A stretch of 64,000 bases of DNA from Auanema rhodensis (Eukaryota > Animalia > Nematoda), in assembly GCA_964057225.1 (NCBI GenBank), contig OZ059896.1:2170001-2234000 (forward strand), written 5' to 3'. Positions 1-11,583 of this stretch are shown here, in pieces; within the stretch, counting starts at the first letter, position 1; each line of letters opens with the position of its first letter. Made by a program: the position numbers and the translations under genes. The notes below the pieces were generated by a model. It saw only the letters and a program-made list of their open reading frames with translations, made no database searches and was not told the origin of the DNA.

Positions 1-14
1 ATATCAACTGATAT
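1..14. repeat. Short dyad ATATCA-ac-TGATAT (pos 1-14), overlapping GATATC across the junction between copies
   Basis: Direct reading; broken in the ATATTAAC and CAACTTAT variant copies. Confidence 0.75.
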
Positions 15-127
15 AGGTTCACACTTATATCCTCGATTTTCACCCTGAAGATTTAATTTTTTCGTTGAATAACATTGTCCATCGTCTTTGTCTTGAAAAA
101 AGGAATCTAAAAACATCTACTTTTTGT

Positions 128-175
128 GAAATTATTTTGAAATTTTTCGGGAAAATTTTTGTCAAAATGTTTTTG
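128..175. repeat. Internal degenerate 11-13-bp subrepeats built on AnTn tracts (pos 128-175, every copy)
   Basis: GAAATTATTTT / GAAATTTTTCGG / GAAAATTTTTGT / CAAAATGTTTTTG lie consecutively. Confidence 0.75.
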
Positions 176-643
176 GAAGCATTGTTGAGTGTACATGGAA
201 ACTCAACATACACTAATGCATCATTTTTCAAACGATCATAACTAATTTTTGTATTGAGCGTTTCTCCATGTAGTATAGTGCATTCGATGCGGATTTTTAA
301 GCTGCGTCGATCTGTGTTATCAGATTTGCGCTAGCTTGAAAATGCACCGAGATATCAACTGATATAGGTTCACACTTATATCCTCGATTTTCACCGTGAA
401 GAATTAATTTTTTTGTTGAATAACAATGTCCATCGTCTTTGTCTTGAAAAAAGGAATCTAAAAACATCTACTTTTTGTGAAATTATCTTGAAATTTTTCG
501 GGAAAATTTTTGTCAAAATGTTTCTGGAAGCAATGTTGAGTGTACATGGAAACTCAATATACACTAATGCATCATTTTTCAAACGATCATAACTAATTTT
601 TGTATTGAGCGTTTCTCCATGTAATATAGTGCATTCGATGTGG

Positions 644-694
644 ATTTTTAAGCTGCGTCGATCTGTGTTATCAGATTTGCGCTAGCTTAAAAAT
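644..694. repeat. 51-bp imperfect inverted repeat (pos 293-343, present in every copy; shown for copy 2)
   Basis: ATTTTTAAGCT (644-654) is the reverse complement of AGCTTAAAAAT (684-694). Inner arms are GCG/CGC and ATCTG/CAGAT around the loop TGTTAT. Confidence 0.9.
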
Positions 695-883
695 GAACCG
701 AGATATCAACTGATATAGGTTCACACTTATGTCCTCGATTTTCACCGTGAAGAATTAATTTTTTTGTTGAATAACAATGTCCATCGTCTTTGTCTTGAAA
801 AAAGGAATCTAAAAACATCTACTTTTTGTGAAATTATCTTGAAATTTTTCGGGAAAATTTTTGTCAAAATGTTTCTGGAAGCA

Positions 884-911
884 ATGTTGAGTGTACATGG
901 AAACTCAACAT
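884..911. repeat. 9-bp inverted repeat with 10-nt spacer (pos 182-209; shown for copy 3)
   Basis: ATGTTGAGT-gtacatggaa-ACTCAACAT. The stem is 8 bp in copies with GCATTG and is interrupted in the GTTGTGTG variant copies. Confidence 0.85.
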
Positions 912-1053
912 ACACTAATGCATCATTTTTCAAACGATCATAACTAATTTTTGTATTGAGCGTTTCTTAATGTAGTATGGTGCATTCGATGCGGATTTTT
1001 AAGCTGCGTCGATCTGTGTTATCAGATTTGCGCTAGCTTAAAAATGAACCGAG

Positions 1054-4000
1054 ATATCAACTGATATAGGTTCACACTTATATCCTCGATTTTCACTGTG
1101 AAGAATTAATTTTTTTGTTGAATAACAATGTCCATCGTCTTTGTCTTGAAAAAAGGAATCTAAAAACATCTACTTTTTGTGAAATTATCTTGAAATTTTT
1201 CGGGAAAATTTTTGTCAAAATGTTTCTGGAAGCAATGTTGAGTGTACATGGAAACTCAACATACACTAATGCATCATTTTTCAAACGATCATAACTAATT
1301 TTTGTATTGAGCGTTTCTCCATGTAGTATAGTGCATTCGATGTGGATTTTTAAGCTGCGTCGATCTGTGTTATCAGATTTGCGCTAGCTTAAAAATGAAC
1401 CGAGATATCAACTGATATAGGTTCACACTTATATCCTCGATTTTCACCCTGAAGATTTAATTTTTTCGTTGAATAACATTGTCCATCGTCTTTGTCTTGA
1501 AAAAAGGAATCTAAGAACATCTACTTTTTGTGAAATTATTTTGAAATTTTTCGGGAAAATTTTTGTCAAAATGTTTTTGGAAGCATTGTTGAGTGTACAT
1601 GGAAACTCAACATACACTAATGCATCATTTTTCAAACGATCATAACTAATTTTTGTATTGAGCGTTTCTCCATGTAGTATAGTGCATTCGATGCGGATTT
1701 TTAAGCTGCGTCGATCTGTGTTATCAGATTTGCGCTAGCTTGAAAATGCACCGAGATATCAACTGATATAGGTTCACACTTATATCCTCGATTTTCACCG
1801 TGAAGAATTAATTTTTTTGTTGAATAACAATGTCCATCGTCTTTGTCTTGAAAAAAGGAATCTAAAAACATCTACTTTTTGTGAAATTATTTTGAAATTT
1901 TTCGGGAAAATTTTTGTCAAAATGTTTTTGGAAGCAATGTTGAGTGTACATGGAAACTCAACATACACTAATGCATCATTTTTCAAACGATCATAACTAA
2001 TTTTTGTATTGAGCGTTGCTTAATGTAGTATAGTGCATTCGATGCGGATTTTTAAGCTGCGTCGATCTGTGTTATCAGATTTGCGCTAGCTTAAAAATGC
2101 ACCGAGATATCAACTGATATAGGTTCACACTTATATCCTCGATTTTCACCGTGAAGAATTAATTTTTTTGTTGAATGACAATGTCCATCGTCTTTGTCTT
2201 GAAAAAAGGAATCTAAAAACATCTACTTTTTGTGAAATTATTTTGAAATTTTTCGGGAAAATTTTTGTCAAAATGTTTTTGGAAGCATTGTTGAGTGTAC
2301 ATGGAAACTCAACATACACTAATGCATCATTTTTCAAACGATCATAACTAATTTTTGTATTGAGCGTTTCTTAATGTAGTATAGTGCATTCGATGCGGAT
2401 TTTTAAGCTGCGTCGATCTGTGTTATCAGATTTGCGCTAGCTTAAAAATGAACCGAGATATCAACTGATATAGGTTCACACTTATATCCTCGATTTTCAC
2501 CGTGAAGAATTAATTTTTTTGTTGAATAACAATGTCCATCGTCTTTGTCTTGAAAAAAGGAATCTAAAAACATCTACTTTTTGTGAAATTATCTTGAAAT
2601 TTTTCGGGAAAATTTTTGTCAAAATGTTTCTGGAAGCAATGTTGAGTGTACATGGAAACTCAACATACACTAATGCATCATTTTTCAAACGATCATAACT
2701 AATTTTTGTATTGAGCGTTTCTCCATGTAGTATAGTGCATTCGATGTGGATTTTTAAGCTGCGTCGATCTGTGTTATCAGATTTGCGCTAGCTTAAAAAT
2801 GAACCGAGATATCAACTGATATAGGTTCACACTTATATCCTCGATTTTCACCCTGAAGATTTAATTTTTTCGTTGAATAACATTGTCCATCGTCTTTGTC
2901 TTGAAAAAAGGAATCTAAGAACATCTACTTTTTGTGAAATTATTTTGAAATTTTTCGGGAAAATTTTTGTCAAAATGTTTTTGGAAGCATTGTTGAGTGT
3001 ACATGGAAACTCAACATACACTAATGCATCATTTTTCAAACGATCATAACTAATTTTTGTATTGAGCGTTTCTCCATGTAGTATAGTGCATTCGATGCGG
3101 ATTTTTAAGCTGCGTCGATCTGTGTTATCAGATTTGCGCTAGCTTGAAAATGCACCGAGATATCAACTGATATAGGTTCACACTTATATCCTCGATTTTC
3201 ACCGTGAAGAATTAATTTTTTTGTTGAATAACAATGTCCATCGTCTTTGTCTTGAAAAAAGGAATCTAAAAACATCTACTTTTTGTGAAATTATTTTGAA
3301 ATTTTTCGGGAAAATTTTTGTCAAAATGTTTTTGGAAGCAATGTTGAGTGTACATGGAAACTCAACATACACTAATGCATCATTTTTCAAACGATCATAA
3401 CTAATTTTTGTATTGAGCGTTGCTTAATGTAGTATAGTGCATTCGATGCGGATTTTTAAGCTGCGTCGATCTGTGTTATCAGATTTGCGCTAGCTTAAAA
3501 ATGCACCGAGATATCAACTGATATAGGTTCACACTTATATCCTCGATTTTCACCGTGAAGAATTAATTTTTTTGTTGAATAACAATGTCCATCGTCTTTG
3601 TCTTGAAAAAAGGAATCTAAAAACATCTACTTTTTGTGAAATTATCTTGAAATTTTTCGGGAAAATTTTTGTCAAAATGTTTCTGGAAGCAATGTTGAGT
3701 GTACATGGAAACTCAACATACACTAATGCATCATTTTTCAAACGATCATAACTAATTTTTGTATTGAGCGTTTCTCCATGTAGTATAGTGCATTCGATGT
3801 GGATTTTTAAGCTGCGTCGATCTGTGTTATCAGATTTGCGCTAGCTTAAAAATGAACCGAGATATCAACTGATATAGGTTCACACTTATATCCTCGATTT
3901 TCACCCTGAAGATTTAATTTTTTCGTTGAATAACATTGTCCATCGTCTTTGTCTTGAAAAAAGGAATCTAAGATCATCTACTTTTTGTGAAATTATTTTG

Positions 4001-4914
4001 AAATTTTTCGGGAAAATTTTTGTCAAAATGTTTTTGGAAGCATTGTTGAGTGTACATGGAAACTCAACATACACTAATGCATCATTTTTCAAACGATCAT
4101 AACTAATTTTTGTATTGAGCGTTTCTCCATGTAGTATAGTGCATTCGATGCGGATTTTTAAGCTGCGTCGATCTGTGTTATCAGATTTGCGCTAGCTTGA
4201 AAATGCACCGAGATATCAACTGATATAGGTTCACACTTATATCCTCGATTTTCACCGTGAAGAATTAATTTTTTTGTTGAATAACAATGTCCATCGTCTT
4301 TGTCTTGAAAAAAGGAATCTAAAAACATCTACTTTTTGTAAAATTATTTTGAAATTTTTCGGGAAAATTTTTGTCAAAATGTTTTTGGAAGCAATGTTGA
4401 GTGTACATGGAAACTCAACATACACTAATGCATCATTTTTCAAACGATCATAACTAATTTTTGTATTGAGCGTTGCTTAATGTAGTATAGTGCATTCGAT
4501 GCGGATTTTTAAGCTGCGTCGATCTGTGTTATCAGATTTGCGCTAGCTTAAAAATGCACCGAGATATCAACTGATATAGGTTCACACTTATATCCTCGAT
4601 TTTCACCGTGAAGAATTAATTTTTTTGTTGAATGACAATGTCCATCGTCTTTGTCTTGAAAAAAGGAATCTAAAAACATCTACTTTTTGTGAAATTATTT
4701 TGAAATTTTTCGGGAAAATTTTTGTCAAAATGTTTTTGGAAGCATTGTTGAGTGTACATGGAAACTCAACATACACTAATGCATCATTTTTCAAACGATC
4801 ATAACTAATTTTTGTATTGAGCGTTTCTTAATGTAGTATAGTGCATTCGATGCGGATTTTTAAGCTGCGTCGATCTGTGTTATCAGATTTGCGCTAGCTT
4901 AAAAATGAACCGAG
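1054..4914. repeat. Local 4-mer/3-mer higher-order repeat (copies 4-14; pattern B A' C D, B A' C, B A' C D)
   Basis: Recurring order of haplotypes marked by TTTCTGG (B), CTAAGA (A'), GCGTTGCTT (C) and GAATGAC plus GCATTG (D); mirrored in the ORF-track variants. Confidence 0.75.
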
Positions 4915-7020
4915 ATATCAACTGATATAGGTTCACACTTATATCCTCGATTTTCACCGTGAAGAATTAATTTTTTTGTTGAATGACAATGTCCATCGTC
5001 TTTGTCTTGAAAAAAGGAATCTAAAAACATCTACTTTTTGTAAATTTATTCTGAAATTTTTCGGGAAAATGTTTGTCAAAATGTTTTTGGAAGCAATGTT
5101 GAGTGTACATGGAAACTCAACATACACTAATGCATCATTTTTCAAACAATCATAACTAATTTTTGTATTGAGCGTTTTTTAATGTAGTATAGTACATTCG
5201 ATGCGGATTTTTAAGCTGCGTCGATCTGTGTTATCAGATTTGCGCTAGCTTAAAAATGAACCGAGATATCAACTGATATAGGTTCACACTTATATCCTCG
5301 ATTTTCACCGTGAAGATTTAATTTTTTCGTTGAATAACATTGTCCATCGTCTTTGTCTTGAAAAAAGGAATCTAAAAACATCTACTTTTTGTGAAATTAT
5401 TTTGAAATTTTTCGGGAAAATTTTTGTCAAAATGTTTTTGGAAGCATTGTTGAGTGTACATGGAAACTCAACATACACTAATGCATCATTTTTCAAACGA
5501 TCATAACTAACTTTTGTATTGAGTGTTTCCCAATGTAGTATAGTGCATTCGATGTGGATTTTTAAGCTGCGTCGATCTGTGTTATCAGATTTGCGCTAGC
5601 TTAAAAATGCACCGAGATATCAACTGATATAAGTTCACACTTATATCCTCGATTTTCACCCTGAAGAATTAATTTTTTTGTTGAATAACAATGTCCATCG
5701 TCTTTGTCTTGAAAAAAGGAATCTAAAAACATCTACTTTTTGTGAAATTATTTTGAAATTTTTCGGGAAAATTTTTGTCAAAATGTTTTTGGAAGCAATG
5801 TTGAGTGTACATGGAAACTCAACATACACTAATGCATCATTTTTCAAACGATCATAACTAATTTTTGTATTGAGTGTTTCCCAATGTAGTATAGTGCATT
5901 CGATGTGGATTTTTAAGCTGCGTCGATCTGTGTTATCAGATTTGCGCTAGCTTAAAAATGCACCGAGATATCAACTGATATAAGTTCACACTTATATCCT
6001 CGATTTTCACCCTGAAGAATTAATTTTTTTGTTGAATAACAATGTCCATCGTCTTTGTCTTGAAAAAAGGAATCTAAAAACATCTACTTTTTGTGAAATT
6101 ATTTTGAAATTTTTCGGGAAAATTTTTGTCAAAATGTTTTTGGAAGCAATGTTGAGTGTCCATGGAAACTCAACATACACTAATGCATCATTTTTCAAAC
6201 GATCATAACTAATTTTTGTATTGAGTGTTTCCCAATGTAGTATAGTGCATTCGATGCGGATTTTTAAGCTGCGTCGATCTGTGTTATCAGATTTGCGCTA
6301 GCTTAAAAATGAACCGAGATATCAACTGATATAGGTTCACACTTATATCCTCGATTTTCACCCTGAAGATTTAATTTTTTCGTTGAATAACATTGTCCAT
6401 CGTCTTTGTCTTGAAAAAAAGAATCTAAGAACATCTACTTTTTGTGAAATTATTTTGAAATTTTTCGGGAAAATTTTTGTCAAAATGTTTTTGGAAGCAT
6501 TGTTGAGTGTACATGGAAACTCAACATACACTAATGCATCATTTTTCAAACGATCCTAACTAATTTTTGTATTGAGCGTTTCTCCATGTAGTATAGTGCA
6601 TTCGATGCGGATTTTTAAGCTGCGTCGATCTGTGTTATCAGATTTGCGCTAGCTTGAAAATGCACCGAGATATCAACTGATATAGGTTCACACTTATATC
6701 CTCGATTTTCACCGTGAAGAATTAATTTTTTTGTTGAATAACAATGTCCATCGTCTTTGTCTTGAAAAAAGGAATCTAAAAACATCTACTTTTTGTGAAA
6801 TTATCTTGAAATTTTTCGGGAAAATTTTTGTCAAAATGTTTTTGGAAGCAATGTTGAGTGTCCATGGAAACTCAACATACACTAATGCATCATTTTTCAA
6901 ACGATCATAACTAATTTTTGTATTGAGTGTTTCCCAATGTAGTATAGTGCATTCGATGCGGATTTTTAAGCTGCGTCGATCTGTGTTATCAGATTTGCGC
7001 TAGCTTGAAAATGCACCGAG

Positions 7021-10000
7021 ATATCAACTGATATAGGTTCACACTTATATCCTCGATTTTCACCGTGAAGAATTAATTTTTTTGTTGAATAACAATGTCC
7101 ATCGTCTTTGTCTTGAAAAAAGGAATCTAAAAACATCTACTTTTTGTGAAATTATCTTGAAATTTTTCGGGAAAATTTTTGTCAAAATGTTTCTGGAAGC
7201 AATGTTGAGTGTACATGGAAACTCAACATACACTAATGCATCATTTTTCAAACGATCATAACTAATTTTTGTATTGAGCGTTTCTCCATGTAGTATAGTG
7301 CATTCGATGTGGATTTTTAAGCTGCGTCGATCTGTGTTATCAGATTTGCGCTAGCTTGAAAATGCACCGAGATATCAACTGATATAGGTTCACACTTATA
7401 TCCTCGATTTTCACCGTGAAGCATTAATTTTTTCGTTGAATAACAATGTCCATCGTCTTTGTCTTGGAAAAAGGAATCTAAAAACATCTACTTTTTGTAA
7501 ATTTATTCTGAAATTTTTCGGGAAAATGTTTGTCAAAATGTTTTTGGAAGCAATGTTGAGTGTACATGGAAACTCAACATACACTAATGCATCATTTTTC
7601 AAACGATCATAACTAATTTTTGTATTGAGCGTTTCTCAATGTAGTATAGTACATTCGATGCGGATTTTTAAGCTGCGTCGATCTGTGTTATCAGATTTGC
7701 GCTAGCTTAAAAATGAACCGAGATATCAACTGATATAGGTTCACACTTATATCCTCGATTTTCACCCTGAAGATTTAATTTTTTCGTTGAATAACATTGT
7801 CCATCGTCTTTGTCTTGAAAAAAGGAATCTAAAAACATCTACTTTTTGTGAAATTATTTTGAAATTTTTCGGGAAAATTTTTGTCAAAATGTTTTTGGAA
7901 GCATTGTTGAGTGTACATGGAAACTCAACATACACTAATGCATCATTTTTCAAACGATCATAACTAATTTTTGTATTGAGCGTTTCTCCATGTAGTATAG
8001 TGCATTCGATGCGGATTTTTAAGCTGCGTCGATCTGTGTTATCAGATTTGCGCTAGCTTGAAAATGCACCGAGATATCAACTGATATAGGTTCACACTTA
8101 TATCCTCGATTTTCACCGTGAAGAATTAATTTTTTTGTTGAATAACAATGTCCATCGTCTTTGTCTTGAAAAAAGGAATCTAAAAACATCTACTTTTTGT
8201 GAAATTATCTTGAAATTTTTCGGGAAAATTTTTGTCAAAATGTTTCTGGAAGCAATGTTGAGTGTACATGGAAACTCAACATACACTAATGCATCATTTT
8301 TCAAACGATCATAACTAATTTTTGTATTGAGCGTTTCTCCATATAGTATAGTGCATTCGATGTGGATTTTTAAGCTGCGTCGATCTGTGTTATCAGATTT
8401 GCGCTAGCTTGAAAATGCACCGAGATATCAACTGATATAGGTTCACACTTATATCCTCGATTTTCACTGTGAAGAATTAATTTTTTCGTTGAATAACAAT
8501 GTCCATCGTCTTTGTCTTGGAAAAAGGAATCTAAAAACATCTACTTTTTGTAAATTTATTCTGAAATTTTTCGGGAAAATGTTTGTCAAAATGTTTTTGG
8601 AAGCAATGTTGAGTGTACATGGAAACTCAACATACACTAATGCATCATTTTTCAAACGATCATAACTAATTTTTGTATTGAGCGTTTCTTAATGTAGTAT
8701 AGTACATTCGATGCGGATTTTTAAGCTGCGTCGATCTGTGTTATCAGATTTGCGCTAGCTTAAAAATGAACCGAGATATCAACTGATATAGGTTCACACT
8801 TATATCCTCGATTTTCACCCTGAAGATTTAATTTTTTCGTTGAATAACATTGTCCATCGTCTTTGTCTTGAAAAAAGGAATCTAAAAACATCTACTTTTT
8901 GTGAAATTATTTTGAAATTTTTCGGGAAAATTTTTGTCAAAATGTTTTTGGAAGCATTGTTGAGTGTACATGGAAACTCAACATACACTAATGCATCATT
9001 TTTCAAACGATCATAACTAATTTTTGTATTGAGCGTTTCTCCATGTAGTATAGTGCATTCGATGCGGATTTTTAAGCTGCGTCGATCTGTGTTATCAGAT
9101 TTGCGCTAGCTTGAAAATGCACCGAGATATCAACTGATATAGGTTCACACTTATATCCTCGATTTTCACCGTGAAGAATTAATTTTTTTGTTGAATAACA
9201 ATGTCCATCGTCTTTGTCTTGAAAAAAGGAATCTAAAAACATCTACTTTTTGTGAAATTATCTTGAAATTTTTCGGGAAAATTTTTGTCAAAATGTTTCT
9301 GGAAGCAATGTTGAGTGTACATGGAAACTCAACATACACTAATGCATCATTTTTCAAACGATCATAACTAATTTTTGTATTGAGCGTTTCTCCATGTAGT
9401 ATAGTGCATTCGATGTGGATTTTTAAGCTGCGTCGATCTGTGTTATCAGATTTGCGCTAGCTTGAAAATGCACCGAGATATCAACTGATATAGGTTCACA
9501 CTTATATCCTCGATTTTCACCGTGAAGAATTAATTTTTTCGTTGAATAACAATGTCCATCGTCTTTGTCTTGGAAAAAGGAATCTAAAAACATCTACTTT
9601 TTGTAAATTTATTCTGAAATTTTTCGGGAAAATGTTTGTCAAAATGTTTTTGGAAGCAATGTTGAGTGTACATGGAAACTCAACATACACTAATGCATCA
9701 TTTTTCAAACGATCATAACTAATTTTTGTATTGAGCGTTGCTTAATGTAGTATAGTGCATTCGATGCGGATTTTTAAGCTGCGTCGATCTGTGTTATCAG
9801 ATTTGCGCTAGCTTAAAAATGAACCGAGATATCAACTGATATAGGTTCACACTTATATCCTCGATTTTCACCCTGAAGATTTAATTTTTTCGTTGAATAA
9901 CATTGTCCATCGTCTTTGTCTTGAAAAAAGGAATCTAAAAACATCTACTTTTTGTGAAATTATTTTGAAATTTTTCGGGAAAATTTTTGTCAAAATGTTT

Positions 10001-11583
10001 TTGGAAGCATTGTTGAGTGTACATGGAAACTCAACATACACTAATGCATCATTTTTCAAACGATCATAACTAATTTTTGTATTGAGCGTTTCTCCATGTA
10101 GTATAGTGCATTCGATGTGGATTTTTAAGCTGCGTCGATCTGTGTTATCAGATTTGCGCTAGCTTGAAAATGCACCGAGATATCAACTGATATAGGTTCA
10201 CACTTATATCCTCGATTTTCACTGTGAAGAATTAATTTTTTCGTTGAATAACAATGTCCATCGTCTTTGTCTTGGAAAAAGGAATCTAAAAACATCTACT
10301 TTTTGTAAATTTATTCTGAAATTTTTCGGGAAAATGTTTGTCAAAATGTTTTTGGAAGCAATGTTGAGTGTACATGGAAACTCAACATACACTAATGCAT
10401 CATTTTTCAAACGATCATAACTAATTTTTGTATTGAGCGTTTCTTAATGTAGTATAGTACATTCGATGCGGATTTTTAAGCTGCGTCGATCTGTGTTATC
10501 AGATTTGCGCTAGCTTAAAAATGAACCGAGATATCAACTGATATAGGTTCACACTTATATCCTCGATTTTCACCCTGAAGATTTAATTTTTTCGTTGAAT
10601 AACATTGTCCATCGTCTTTGTCTTGAAAAAAGGAATCTAAAAACATCTACTTTTTGTGAAATTATTTTGAAATTTTTCGGGAAAATTTTTGTCAAAATGT
10701 TTTTGGAAGCATTGTTGAGTGTACATGGAAACTCAACATACACTAATGCATCATTTTTCAAACGATCATAACTAATTTTTGTATTGAGCGTTTCTCCATG
10801 TAGTATAGTGCATTCGATGCGGATTTTTAAGCTGCGTCGATCTGTGTTATCAGATTTGCGCTAGCTTGAAAATGCACCGAGATATCAACTGATATAGGTT
10901 CACACTTATATCCTCGATTTTCACCGTGAAGAATTAATTTTTTTGTTGAATAACAATGTCCATCGTCTTTGTCTTGAAAAAAGGAATCTAAAAACATCTA
11001 CTTTTTGTGAAATTATCTTGAAATTTTTCGGGAAAATTTTTGTCAAAATGTTTCTGGAAGCAATGTTGAGTGTACATGGAAACTCAACATACACTAATGC
11101 ATCATTTTTCAAACGATCATAACTAATTTTTGTATTGAGCGTTTCTCCATGTAGTATAGTGCATTCGATGTGGATTTTTAAGCTGCGTCGATCTGTGTTA
11201 TCAGATTTGCGCTAGCTTGAAAATGCACCGAGATATCAACTGATATAGGTTCACACTTATATCCTCGATTTTCACCGTGAAGAATTAATTTTTTCGTTGA
11301 ATAACAATGTCCATCGTCTTTGTCTTGGAAAAAGGAATCTAAAAACATCTACTTTTTGTAAATTTATTCTGAAATTTTTCGGGAAAATGTTTGTCAAAAT
11401 GTTTTTGGAAGCAATGTTGAGTGTACATGGAAACTCAACATACACTAATGCATCATTTTTCAAACGATCATAACTAATTTTTGTATTGAGCGTTGCTTAA
11501 TGTAGTATAGTGCATTCGATGCGGATTTTTAAGCTGCGTCGATCTGTGTTATCAGATTTGCGCTAGCTTAAAAATGCACCGAG
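7021..11583. repeat. Local 3-mer (1053-bp) higher-order repeat B-P-A (copies 21-33), with one unit lacking B
   Basis: ORF-track variants cycle IASR / RINL..FPR / NN..MLFNEKIK. The CTTGGAAAA marker is in copies 22, 25, 28, 30 and 33. Confidence 0.85.

Larger units (their letters stand above)
1..351 (+). repeat. Representative monomer (copy 1; phase is arbitrary), about 33% GC, rich in A/T tracts, 12 CpGs
   Basis: Direct reading; 115 of 351 bases are G+C by hand count. Confidence 0.97.

Noticed and set aside
136-152. CENP-B box-like motif around TTTTTCGGGA
   Set aside because: Only 6 of the 9 essential positions of NTTCGNNNNANNCGGGN match; both the TTCG and the central A fail.
278-347. Compensatory covariation between GT(G/A)CATT and AATG(C/A)AC
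   Set aside because: The linked alleles GTACATT and AATGAAC give an A-A mismatch rather than a restored pair, so the linkage reflects shared descent.
1-351. 5S rRNA, tRNA, snRNA or spliced-leader tandem gene unit
   Set aside because: I see no recognisable conserved RNA sequence, cloverleaf or Pol III boxes. An Rfam/Infernal scan would be the decisive test.
1-351. Assignment to a known satellite of about 350 bp (for example beetle, cucurbit or Drosophila 1.688 families)
   Set aside because: Only the length is similar. I cannot confirm sequence identity without a database search.
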